DNA of 64,000 nucleotides, taken from assembly GCA_020137815.1 (NCBI GenBank), contig CM035352.1:3100001-3164000 (forward strand). Direction: 5' to 3'. Below, piece by piece: positions 1 to 11,595 of this stretch. This DNA is from Hormiphora californensis. Taxonomy: Eukaryota > Animalia > Ctenophora. The notes under the pieces are model-generated. The model was given only the letters and a program-made list of their open reading frames with translations, searched no databases and had not been told where the DNA came from. The translations under genes were made by a program, and so were the position numbers. Position 1 is the first letter of the stretch, and each line of letters begins with the position of its first letter.

Positions 1-353
1 TTGTGTAATAGCAAAGTCGATCTGGGATAGTTTGTTACCATGCCCACCGAGTATAACAGCCCTAAGTAGATACAGGTGTGCATGTGTGCACGTGAGACCA
101 CCTTTTACCAAGTCTCAATCACCGATTATCTCTGCCTCAATATATAACATCTCTCCTCCTTTCTTTTCGTTTCTAGTCTTTCCTTTAAAGCTTTCATGGC
201 ACCAATTATCACGCCGCATTTTCCCAACAATGCCGGTAATTTAGTCTGCGGGAAGGGAGTTGGACTAATGACACCAAGTCATCAACTTCCCCGATCCCCA
301 TTTTTAAATTTTTAGTTGAAGAATGTCTAGCTAAGAATATCCGTTTGCTTCTA

Positions 354-935
354 CCGTGTGGGGCAATAAGAATGCCCCCCCCCCCCCAAGTCTACCATAG
401 TTCCAGATATCGTGGAGCGCTAAAATTTAGTACAGTAACTCTATGAGACAAATAAATAACTTGACCGATATTTCAGACCTCTACTTCTAGCTCAAAATTC
501 ATTTTTTTGATCGGAATGAACATTGTCATTCATTCCAGAAAAAAATATTTTCCGGACCAAAATTTAACCAATTATGTTTGGCTCAACGATTCAGCGAGGA
601 TCACATGACCTGACTAACTTTAAGAAACATGGCTGCAGTGTCTCTTGTGGTGGTCCAATGTAACTGATCTCGGTAACATTGGGAAGCTAATCGATAGCCA
701 AACATAATTGGTTAAATTTTCGACCGGAAAATATTTTTTCTTGGAATAAATGATAATGTTCATTCCGATCAAAAAAATGAATTTTGAGCTAGAGGTCTGA
801 AATTTTGGTCAAGTTATTTATTTGTCCCATAGAGTTACTGTACCAAACTTTAGCGCTCCACGATATCGGGAACTATGGCAGACTGGGGGGGGGGCCGGGG
901 GGGGGGGCATTTTTATTGCCCCACAGTCCACACGG
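354..935. mobile_element. Near-palindromic MITE with TA target duplication (Tc1/mariner-type non-autonomous element)
   Basis: TA|CCGTGTGGGGCAATAAGAATGCCCC at the left end mirrors GGGGCATTTTTATTGCCCCACA..CACGG|TA at the right; ~240-bp inverted arms; no coding capacity. Confidence 0.8.
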
Positions 936-982
936 TAGTATACTTTTCCATCCAATAAAGTAGAAAATTTCCTTGAACAGGT

Positions 983-2009
983 ATGGAAATACAACATTGT
1001 CCACCGAATGGCTCAACTTATGCACCAGTCAACTATCTCTCACCCGTAGAAGAGTGGAGAAAGATCATTTTTTACTTAAATATACCTTGCGGAGTCATCG
1101 GTATAGCTCTGAACGCTCTCTGTCTGGTCTACTTCCTGAAGCACCAACGGAAAGGGATTGGTGACCAAATGGTTATGGGACTTTGCTTCTCTGACGTAAC
1201 GATTTGCTTGGATACATTGAGTTTACTGGCGTATCCATGGAAGCCAAATGATTTAAAACTAGGTTTTAAAATTTTATACTGCCTTTTTCCAGGATTCGTA
1301 ATGGTCAACATTATCATTCTCTATGGTCTATGGTTTCTTCGCACATTTTCCATCCTACGGCCAATGGTGAGGCTGAAACCAGCACGGATCAGGATTATCA
1401 TTTCCGGAATGGTTATCGTGGCATTCATTGGCTCTTTTTTATCAGCCTACTTCATGCAAATGGACTGGTACTATGGTCTATTTTACGGAAAACCAATGCC
1501 AGAATGGACCTTGAAGTTTACAATCAACTCTAAAAAAGTATCCATTCTAATATTATCAGTTACTGGTATCGTTGTTGTAGTCCTGAGTCTAAAATCCATA
1601 GCAACGCTAACAAAAAACATCTCACAGTTGGAATTAGCTAGGGACTCTGAGAACAAAAGGCATGCCGCAGTTACGGTGTTAATTATCTTATCAGTCCAAT
1701 TAGTTACAATGTTGATACTTTATGGTGTCGACATTTACTTTTTAATAACAATGACAAAATTTGAACCATGTGACATTGAAGGCGATGAACGGTATGTTTA
1801 TGTAAGCCTGGATGAAAGGCAGTACAAGCTTCTTAAAGTGGTTTTGTTTCATGTTAATTCAAAGTACTTTAACATCTGTTTCAAATCCAATCATCCATAT
1901 TTCAAGAAACCGAAGATTGAATATGTGGGTGAGAGGGAAGTTCTGTTGTACCAATTCGGTCACGACTACTAGAAGCAATACCGCAGCGATTAACGAAACT
2001 ACAATATAA
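983..2009 (+). pseudogene. Intronless rhodopsin-like 7TM GPCR, paralogue of 5081-6106, with a 1-nt frameshift before TM7 (pseudogene or sequencing error)
   Basis: Near-identical to 5081-6106; extra T at 1847-1849 (gtttcatg vs gttcatg); TM7 and C-tail (MLIQSTLTSVSNPIIH...) continue in the other frame to 2009. Confidence 0.8.
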
Positions 2010-2037
2010 AGTGAATTTAACAGTGGTGCTCTGTCAC

Positions 2038-2385
2038 ATCTAGTAGAGTCGATAACTACAGGAAAACGTTAAAATCTGGGTGCCTTTCATTGCTAACAAT
2101 TCGTAGTTTTGGCGCGCACGACGGGTTAGGGCTATCCGTTAGGGTCTGGTTAGGGTTTGGTTTGGGGTTACCGGTTAGGGTTATCGATTCTCTAACTGAT
2201 ACCGTTTAGTTTACACAAATCGGCCATGTGGTTCCATGGCTTCGTGTTTGAAAAGTCGGTTAAGTATCTTTTTGGCACGCGCACCTGTAAGCTGCAAGGC
2301 AACAGATTATATGGCTATTCTTACGAACAACCACATCCCAAATAAACTGAAGTTTACAACACCTTAACCAATCTAGTAGAGTCGA
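2038..2385. mobile_element. Short insertion with degenerate TTAGGG-like tract, flanked by a 15-bp direct repeat
   Basis: ATCTAGTAGAGTCGA at 2038-2052 and 2371-2385; internal CGTTAAAA.CTGGGTG plus GGGTTAGGG tract also present at ~31927-32020. Confidence 0.5.
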
Positions 2386-4181
2386 ATCAATCATCCTCCC
2401 AATGGAGATCGTGTTGTAGTCGATCTAAATCTGCACGTAACGAAAAACTCTCACATGAATACTAGGACCAGCCAAAAGGCGTCACGCAGTTAACAGTGCT
2501 CAAATAACTTATCAGTCAATTAGACACATGTTGCGAACTTTACGGCGGAAATTACTTATTATAACAAGCCGCGTACTTAACTGAAATGGAAATGAAGGAT
2601 GACAGTTGTTTGTATGAAACCTATTCTAAGGGCTTCAGTAAAATTTCAAAGTGGTTTTTATGCGTTTGTAATGTACTTAAAATTCTTGCAATCATCATTC
2701 ATATTTCTGGACCGAAAATGAAGTATTGCGGAAGAGTAATCTGTCATACTACATTCACGTGCGTGTACGTGAATAGAACCAATACCGTGATTAAAACGAC
2801 GCACAAGCATAGTTTGACGCAGGTCCGTACACATGTACATATCTACAGTGATCCTGTCAATTTGAGTCTGCTAGTATTTCATCTACTAATTAGACCATTA
2901 CAAGTTAGTTAAAACTCCACTATAAGACGACGTGTTCTTGGAGAAATTCTTCGACTAGCGGTCACGCTGAACGTGCATATCGCGATGCCTTAGTTATGCC
3001 TAGCAATCAAATTATATCAATCTACAGTTGTCCTTATGAACATTCTATGCAGCGTTACGTAATTATTAGAGGATATTAACTAGGTTTAGTATTGTTCGCA
3101 GGTCAGATGAAATAACCGTGTTACTATTTTGACAAAGTGAATCGGACAGGATATAATAATATACATCCGTCAATTCCCAAAAAATTTTCGTTGGTGCTGT
3201 TGTGCCAGTTCGTTAACTGATTGCAAAACTTATCACAGCATTCAGGGGCACGTGCAATGTCAAAGTGTTACATTCTATAAAGTCTACAATCTCTCAGCCG
3301 TTCTCGTGTGATCTGTCAGCTTTTCTCTCTCGCATTCTCACATCAACTTCATTCTTTTATCATGTCGTTTTCTCCTTCTTTATCGAATTCCCTTACTTGC
3401 TGGCACCTATCTCATATCGATCGCGATTCTTAGTCTTCCTTCTGTTTACCCACTCTTTTACACTTTCAATTAACGGTACCCCTTGCGTTTCATCACAGGC
3501 AAGCCATGATTCATCAGCGGTTTATGCCAACAAGGAACTTCAAATTATTGCAATTAGCCTTAAGTCGAAATCATTTGCTCTAGATTTTAAGTGCGTATTT
3601 TTCATTGTGGAATAAACCTGACATTTTTACGATAGCAACTATTTTCGAAATTTGACGAATATAAGGTGTTTCCAGAATGCATTTTGATGACTTTTTTGAT
3701 GCAGAAAGTTTACTTTCAACTCTCTTTCAGATCGGCTGAATGTTCCCATACTTCATTAAGAGAAAATGGAAGAAAGGCTCAAACGATGTATCATGGCCAG
3801 AAAGATTGGAACTTCGCAAAGATGCGGTAGAGTAAAGAGTGTTGGGAGATATATGGAGGAGAGATCATTGTTTGAAATGAATGAATGAAAGTGATACAAA
3901 AAGGATGTCAGTTACTGAGAGCAATGACGAGGGAGAGAGGAGCAGAGAGGATCAGCGTTATATGCCGGTTGCAGGAAGCGAGGACTGTAATTAGGAGCCG
4001 CACTCCTCTGCGACGAGTACGAATAACAACCGACCGACTTTAAATGCTTCCCCACTCTCAATTCTTTCGTGCCACCCACTCGTGCACACCTTTTCCAGCT
4101 CCCCTTGTCCATATCACAAGCTCATATTGCTGTCTCCGTGTGTATTTAAAATAATTGCACGAATGTTTTGAAAAAGAGCTA

Positions 4182-5005
4182 GGAAATTCCCTGTATCTTA
4201 AAAATGGATGATCGTAGAGACCTGCGACCAAGCTTAATCGATTCAGAAGGTCCGATTTGGGGGGGGGGTCATCTGAGAGAAATTTTGCTCCTACTTCTAC
4301 CGTTTTTGCTGTAATTGTGAAAAAGGTATCAGCAAGTAAGGGGAAATCAGCCCGAAGCCGGCTACTGGAATAGAGTTGTTCCCCCTTTTCATAGAATTGG
4401 TTTTTTGCAATTACAGCAAAAACGGTTGGAGTAGGAGCAAAATGTCTCTCCCCCCAAAATCGGACCTTCGATTAAGCTTGGTCGCAGGTCTCTACGATCA
4501 TCCGTTTTTGAGATACAGGGAATTTCCCTCTTATTCAAAAAGACGGGTTTCACAAAACAAGCTCTGTACACCGCATCTTTGGCGAAAAAGTTCCAAAATT
4601 TTTGGGCCACATGGATAATCGTTTTGAGCAACTATTTCTAGATTTTCATCTCTAATGAAGCATGGGAACATTCTCAGCCAGCATGTCAAAGACGCAAAGA
4701 AGTAAACCGTTCTCATGGCCAGAAATAAGCTCCATTTCAAAAATCCTTCTTTGGGCTTATTCAACTTTATATTCTCTTCAAATTCCAAGAATTTAATGTT
4801 TCTATCTCAAAAAAAGTGGTCCTGAGGTTAAAAATTCCAACAAAAATTGAAAAAACGCCACTTTGAAAAATATGCTGTAGCAAAAATATGAATTCGACTT
4901 TAGGGCTAAAATTGCATATATTTGAGGTATATTTTGTATGGCCTAAACCCTGATGAAGTCATTTGGTTGGGCAAACTATGTTGAAAAACGCCAGGTGTAC
5001 CCTTA
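4182..5005. mobile_element. Fragment of a non-autonomous DNA transposon with an internal inverted repeat; left end not defined
   Basis: ~60-bp inverted repeat at 4182-4241 and 4468-4527; right side ends ..GGTGTACCC-TTAA. Confidence 0.45.
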
Positions 5006-5080
5006 ATTTGCCTTACATTATCTCACCACTTTTTTAAGTACTCCTGTTTTTGTCTGGACTTTCCAGTTTCCTTCAATAGG

Positions 5081-6106
5081 ATGTCTGAATTCTGCCCACC
5101 GAATGGCTCAACTTATGCACCGGTCAACTATCTCTCACCTGTAGAAGAGTGGAGAAAGATCATTTTCTACTTAAATATACCTTGCGGAGTCATCGGTATA
5201 GCTCTGAACGCTCTCTGTCTAGTCTACTTCCTGAAGCACCAACGGAAAGGGATTGGTGACCAAATGGTTATGGGACTTTGCTTCTCTGACGTAACGATTT
5301 GCTTGGAGACATTGAGTTTACTGGCGTATCCATGGAAGCCAAATGATTTAAAACAAGGTTTCAAAGCGTTCTTCTCCATTTTTCCAGGATTCGTAATGGT
5401 CAACATTATCATTCTCTATGGTCTATGGTTTCTCCGCACATTTTCCATCCTACGGCCAATGGTGAGGCTGAAACCAGCTCGGATCAGGATTATCATTTCC
5501 GGAATGGTTATCGTGGCATTCATTGGCTCTTTTTTATCAAGCTATTTCATACCAACTATGGACTGGTTCGATGGTCTAGTTTACGGAAAACCAATGCCAG
5601 AATGGGCCTTAAAGATTGTAATGAACTTTAAAAAAACAAATATTCCAATATTATCAGTTACTGGTATCGTTGTTGTAGTCCTGAGTCTAAAATCCATAGC
5701 AACGCTAACAAAAAACATCTCACAGTTGGAATTAGCTAGGGACTCTGAGAACAAAAGGCATGCCGCAGTTACGGTGTTAATTATCTTATCAGTCCAATTA
5801 GTTACAATGTTGATACTTTATGGTATCGAAATTTACTTTATGATAACAATAGAAAAACTTGAACCATGTGACATTGAAGGCGATGAACGGTATGTTTATT
5901 TAAGCCTATACGAAGGGCAATACAATATTCTTAAAGTGGTTTTGTTCATGTTAATTCAAAGTACTTTAACATCTGTTGCAAATCCAATCATCCATATTTC
6001 AAGGAACCGAAGATTGAATATGTGGGTGAGAGGGAAGTTCTGTTGTACCAATTCGGTCACGACCACTAGAACCAATACTTCAGCGATTAACGAAACCACA
6101 GCGTGA
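5081..6106 (+). CDS. Intronless class-A-like 7TM GPCR (341 aa), orphan, possibly chemosensory
   Basis: Seven hydrophobic segments; TM1 Asn (ALN), TM2 Asp (FSD), Arg at end of TM3 (WFLRT), NPIIH in TM7, N-terminal NGS sequon, CC in the tail. Confidence 0.9.
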   Translation: MSEFCPPNGSTYAPVNYLSPVEEWRKIIFYLNIPCGVIGIALNALCLVYFLKHQRKGIGDQMVMGLCFSDVTICLETLSLLAYPWKPNDLKQGFKAFFSIFPGFVMVNIIILYGLWFLRTFSILRPMVRLKPARIRIIISGMVIVAFIGSFLSSYFIPTMDWFDGLVYGKPMPEWALKIVMNFKKTNIPILSVTGIVVVVLSLKSIATLTKNISQLELARDSENKRHAAVTVLIILSVQLVTMLILYGIEIYFMITIEKLEPCDIEGDERYVYLSLYEGQYNILKVVLFMLIQSTLTSVANPIIHISRNRRLNMWVRGKFCCTNSVTTTRTNTSAINETTA

Positions 6107-6637
6107 GAGAGGAGGAGGAAGAGGAGAAACTGCCAGTTATAATCATATGTTTATTTATTTATTTTTGACATTAATTTTGATTGCGTGACATTAAAAACTT
6201 CGAAGTTTTTGCTGTGAAATCAGTATTGCTGTTTTTTCTTTCTTCAAAGATTTCTTGCTATTGAATTAATTTATTACTCCAAATTAAGACTCCAATATTA
6301 ATCCGTCAACAACAACGATACATTCACACACATACAATCACATACAATCGCTGTTTGTAATTTGTATATCACCAGCCTAATCTCATCATTAATCATTAAT
6401 CATATATAATACGCAACCAGAAACCACCAGGAACCACAATCATTATTTGTTTGCTGACCAATGATCGGTGACGGGTTACCACAACACCAAGGCGTGAAGT
6501 CGACCACAATTTAACGGCACACCGTCACACCACAAACATCATGCTTATTAATTATCTGCAGCCTACCACTCTACTACGTAGACCTGCATATCATTTAATT
6601 CGTACAAATACCAGCTCATGAATTTATTGACGTGTAC

Positions 6638-6746
6638 CATGAACCGACCGAATCAGGAAATACTGGTCTCTGATTGGCTGATAACCAGTCACGTGACCTA
6701 AATAACGAGTTCTGATTGGTTGTTTACTTGTTTCGGTCGGTTCCTG
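6638..6746. mobile_element. 109-bp MITE with 8-bp TSD (hAT-like)
   Basis: TIR CA(T/G)GAACCGACCGAA / TTCGGTCGGTTCCTG; TSD ACGTGTAC at 6630-6637 and 6747-6754. Confidence 0.85.
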
Positions 6747-7943
6747 ACGTGTACCTAACGGCAATATATAATAGCAACTTGATCGTGACCTCACACGTTG
6801 AGTGCTTGTGATATAAAGTAACAATACAGTTCCTTTTGTATCATCTAGCTGCTTCCCCACAGACATATACTAATTCAGCTAGACAGATCTGAGATAATTA
6901 TTATGTGTGCCATTTCCTAGCGATGATTTTACTGTCCAATACATACTAAATATATTCAGCTTTATACATACTTTCTGTTTTAGATTAGGCTATCGTGACA
7001 TCCTGAAATGATTTTACCATTCTTGCCACTACTGCACATGTTACCGTGTTTACGTTTGAGTGCATGTGATTGTACGCAACTCACACACCAAGTTAATGTT
7101 ACAGTTTTCTTTGTTGTACGTGTGTATTCAGAGTTTTCTCAGCACGTTGCTTGTTTTGATTTTCGTGCCTTCATTTTAACGAATAATTCTCTCAGAAAAT
7201 GGGGCTCTAAAGCTGAAGCCTGGGCGAGTAAAGTTATTGTAAAATATATGTATTCTTTATGTGCGAGGAAAATGGAAATCGTAGCATTTAGAGAAAATTG
7301 CTGTGCCAGCAACCACAAACAGGAGTTTAAGAAAAGGATATTATATGGAGGAACAGATGTGTGAGAATGGGGAAGGCAGAGAGAGCGATCAGAGAGAGAG
7401 ATAAAGAGGCAAGTTGTACAAGTTATTATCGGAGGATAGAGAGCGCATGAAAATGTGTTCTTTTAACAGCACCTTCCACTCTGGCTAGGCGGGAAGTGCA
7501 CGTTTAGCTATAATACCCCAAGACACGCCAAGCTGTACTAAGCTGTACTAATTACTGTGGGCTGTACTAATTACTGTGGGCCTCGGTCTAAGGCCAAAGG
7601 TAATTGGTAGCTAAGAGCAAAACTTCGAGAGATGATCGGTTAAGAGGAGAGAACTTAAACCATTGACTGCACCAATAGCTCTCTCTCTCTCCCTCCCTCC
7701 CTTTCTTTCTATATCCTTTTAGTTCTCTTTAGCTTTCCCAGCACAGCAGCTGCACTGTTGTTCTGTGTGGTTTGGTTTACCATCTTGTTGTGCCACTATT
7801 GTTTGACCTCGTTTACGTTGAGTGTACCCGTTGTATATATTACTGTCTATAACAGATGCCCCGCCCAGTGCCTCCAATAGTTTACTCTCTTGAAAACAAA
7901 TATTGGGTCTAAAATTAAAACTTTGCTTTGCCTCTCAGATAAA

Positions 7944-9122
7944 ATGGACGATTTCTTCATGTCATTTAACAAAGGACCCTCAGGGGACAGTGGTAAAGGA
8001 GGAGGAGGAGGAAGTGAAGGTAGTAATTCAAGTGGTATGGGTGATAACTTCAGTGATAACTTCAATGGAGATGGTGGTGGTATGGGTGGTAATTTCAGTG
8101 ATAACTACAGTGGTAATTTCAGTGGTAAGAGTGGAGATAGTGATGGTAATGCAACGACATGGATACAGAATGTTGATGACATGAGACAAACTCTCTTAAC
8201 AATCTGTGCACCTACATCTGCCCTAGGTATTACCCTTAACACCCTCTGCCTGATCTATTTCCTAAAACACCAGCGAAAGGGGCTCGGCGATCAAATGGTC
8301 CTTGGGCTATGTGTATGTGATATTATCATGTGTCTCGTTCTCTTTGTCTACTTGTGGCTGCCCTTGGAACTGAGCGACCTATACCTTGTGTATGGTTTGG
8401 CGGTGCTCGATGGTATAATATTCGTGGATTACCTCTTATCTCTCCTCTATACGGATACCCTTTGGTTCCTAAGGATGCATACCATTTTCCGGCCACTCAA
8501 CCTGATAAACAGGAAGCTTGTTTACGGTTTCCTGACCATAGTTTGTATCATCTACATCGTGGTGACTGTGCTGTTTGGTTACTACATAAACGAGCCATGG
8601 CTGATGTACATGATATTTCAGGAACACTTGGCTTCTTGGTGTATGATCATTCGAAAGGGCGGACAGTTGGTATTTGTGTGTGTTATCCTCCTGGTAAATC
8701 TCGGTCAAATGGGAATAACGGTCGCAGCAGTTTGGCGACTTAACAAAACAGTTATTGGGTCTGCCAGTAATGGGACTAAAAAACGTGCAGCAGAGACAAT
8801 CTTCCTGCTACTACTGATAAAGGCCCTTCAGATAATTGCCCAGTGCGTGGCGACTGTCCTGATTATCATAGAATCGAATTTTAGCAACTGGGATATTACC
8901 ACCAATGAATCCATACCGTCTGGAATGAGGGAGTATGATGTATGGAAATACATCTTGATCTTCTATCTTGTTCTGGCTGCAAGCTCGCTGGGAAATCCAG
9001 TTGTTTATTTGTTCCGAAACCGCGGATTGGCGAATTGGATTAGAGCCAAGGTTGGACTTGGTACTGTGGTAAGGTCAGATAGTGTCTCTGTACAAGTTCA
9101 TACTGAAACGCATCAACTGTAA
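7944..9122 (+). CDS. Intronless 7TM GPCR of the same family with a G/S/N/D-rich glycosylated N-terminus
   Basis: Shares LNxLCLxYFLKHQRKGxGDQMVxGLC with the upstream pair; WFLRM, NPVVY; first ATG at 7944 follows a CAG acceptor. Confidence 0.9.
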   Translation: MDDFFMSFNKGPSGDSGKGGGGGSEGSNSSGMGDNFSDNFNGDGGGMGGNFSDNYSGNFSGKSGDSDGNATTWIQNVDDMRQTLLTICAPTSALGITLNTLCLIYFLKHQRKGLGDQMVLGLCVCDIIMCLVLFVYLWLPLELSDLYLVYGLAVLDGIIFVDYLLSLLYTDTLWFLRMHTIFRPLNLINRKLVYGFLTIVCIIYIVVTVLFGYYINEPWLMYMIFQEHLASWCMIIRKGGQLVFVCVILLVNLGQMGITVAAVWRLNKTVIGSASNGTKKRAAETIFLLLLIKALQIIAQCVATVLIIIESNFSNWDITTNESIPSGMREYDVWKYILIFYLVLAASSLGNPVVYLFRNRGLANWIRAKVGLGTVVRSDSVSVQVHTETHQL

Positions 9123-9244
9123 AATGTGCAGACTATTTCACAGCTAACTAACTATTAAATAAATTATTTATCGCTGTTTTTGTGTAATACATACAATAAT
9201 GACTAAATGATAGTTCAAAACAACTTCAAATGTTGTCTCTTTCT

Positions 9245-11291
9245 TCAGCCTTTCCCAAATTCACTCTCCATGGCTTGAACCAACATATCCAATCCACTGG
9301 TATCCCCACAAGGCTCCACTTTAGGTACCACCGTTTCTCCATGTGGGACCATCAGATCCGGCAGGGCATCATACGATCTCAGTTCATTCAGTGTCACTTG
9401 ACCTTGTGGCGGGTCATGTGACACAAACGAAAGACAATCCAACGGTCGAGGAACATCTTCCGCGGGTCCGAGGAGGAAATCTCGAGGGTGGTAAGAGGTG
9501 GGTTTGGGATGAAGTGGTAGAAGCCAGAGGATCACTGCATACTGGTTACAAAGGGGGTCCGAGAGGAAGGCACGGACACACACGTAGTAGAGCCTGTCTG
9601 GACCGGTAATTGAGAACACATCACCTACACGATACTTCACACCTAGGGAGAGACAGAGTTTTCAAATAAAACCGAACTCAATTCAAAGAATACTGGTGTA
9701 ACTTGAGAGTAAACTGCTGTACTTACCTTTGTAGTAAATCTGGTTTGTTGTACAGTATGTAGCAGGCTTCAACTGTAGTTTAGTTAGAGCCTTCCTTCCC
9801 CTCAAATCACTCCTAACTCTCTTTGCCTGAAGTAAACAAGATGACAAACAATGACAATCACGCGATAACTTTTGCTCTGCGGAACCTTGTTTTGTTCAAA
9901 CCCATTTTATTTTATTCTATTTTTCGGGCGGGGCGTGCGAAAGGGGGTCTAGCTAGGCAAGCGGGACCCTCACAGAAATAAAATGCAGTGTGAGCTACAC
10001 ACGATATGATACACACACACACACCATAGAACGGATCACCCACCTTTTTACTATGAATATGATTGATTCTCCGACCATGAGTTGCTTTCGGTTTGGGTCT
10101 CGAATCCACACTGCACACTGCACACAGAATGATCCCGTTAGGTCCATGAAACCAAGTCTCACTCTGTTCATTGTCACACCTCATACACGATTGTTTGGTT
10201 TTGTTCTGCCGGGTCACCGGACCATCCTGGACTGGAGATGGGGTTGAAACTGGAGGAGGAGGAGGATCAGAAGGGTAGGATGATTCCTCCGGTTTTTCTA
10301 GCTCCTCTTCCATCATCTCTGCCTCCAAAACTTCTTCTTTAACCTCCTGTTCAGTGACTGGTGGGGGTGTGACTGGAGGGGGAGGAGGAGGCGGGGGTGG
10401 TTGCGGTGGTGGTTCAGTAGCTGGGAGGGGTGGTTGTGATTTCACCACGGGGGAAGGACTTATTCTTCCATTACTGTGGAACTTCCCGTGACTGGATGAG
10501 GAGGAGGGTGTTGATACCACTGTATTGACACTGTGTGATCCAGGTGTAACAGGTCCACTGTGTGATCCAGATGTAACAGGTCCACTGTGTGATCCAGGTG
10601 TAACAGGCCCACTGTGTGATCCAGGTGTAACAGGCCCACTGTGTGATCCAGGTGTAACAGGTCCACTGTGTGATCCAGATGTAACAGGTCCACTGTGTGA
10701 TCCAGATGTAACAGGTCCACTGTGTGATCCAGATGTAACAGGTCCACTGTGTGATCCAGATGTAACAGGTCCACTGTGTGATCCAGATGTAACAGGTCCA
10801 CTGTGTGATCCAGATGTAACAGGTCCACTGTGTGATCCAGATGTAACAGGTCCACTGTGTGATCCAGATGTAACAGGTCCACTGTGTGACCCAGATGTAA
10901 CAGGTCCACTGTGTGATCCAGATGTAACAGGTCCAGACCCCATAATATTATGTGATGTAATAGGTCCAGCTGAGGGGGCCGTCCTTAGAAATGGAAACTG
11001 GGGTAGATCATCATTTAGAGAGGAGTTCAGTCCGAGGGCCTCACGTTGTCTGTTATAGATCTCCTCTGGTGTTATGGGTGTGTTGTTCCGGGAGGTGGGT
11101 TCCGGGCCAACAGGGCAGTCTCGGGGCCGGGCTGGTCTTCCTGCATCGTCTGTAGAGGATCGGGAGGGTTCAGAGGAGGAGGGAGGCGTGAAATTGTTAT
11201 CCGTTCTCTGGGATGAGGAATGGTCGAGGAATGGTTTTAGTTCTGAACTTGCTTTCAGCAGATCTTCAACACTTGCAAAACTGTCTTTCAT
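9245..11291 (-). CDS. GATAD1: GATA zinc finger domain-containing protein 1 homologue; exons 11291-10044, 9826-9727, 9642-9245
   Basis: CX2CX17CX2C finger; spliced C-terminus IYYKG-VKYRVGDVFS..YYVCVRAF..WLLP..LLGPAEDVPRPLDCLSFVSH resembles the GATAD1 BAH-like domain; GT-AG junctions keep frame. Confidence 0.85.
10531..10936 (-). repeat. Coding 27-bp minisatellite, 15 copies, encoding SGPVT(S/P)GSH
   Basis: Tandem gtgtgatccagatgtaacaggtccact inside GATAD1 exon 1. Confidence 0.95.
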
Positions 11292-11595
11292 TTGTCCTAA
11301 AGTGGCGGGTTGGGATGATTTTGAGACATGGAAACAAGACACGATTAATATATTCTGTATCACATTGAAAGCGGAATAAATAAATTCAATAACACAACAA
11401 TAAACAATTCAACTTTCAATAGAGATTCAGCTCAGTCCCCTTGTTCCCTCACAGCATCACTGAAGTAGTCATGAAACGCTTTCCCAGCCATTGAACTGAT
11501 CGTATTGTCTCCACAACCCCCCACGAAAGAGAGAGAGAGTCTGAACAAGACGCTAGTACCCAGTAAACCTTATCTTGAGGTTATTCACCCAATAC

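Noticed and set aside
10460-11058. Alternative-frame and antisense repeat ORFs (DLLHLDHTV, GPLCDPDVT)
   Set aside because: By-products of the 27-bp minisatellite in GATAD1
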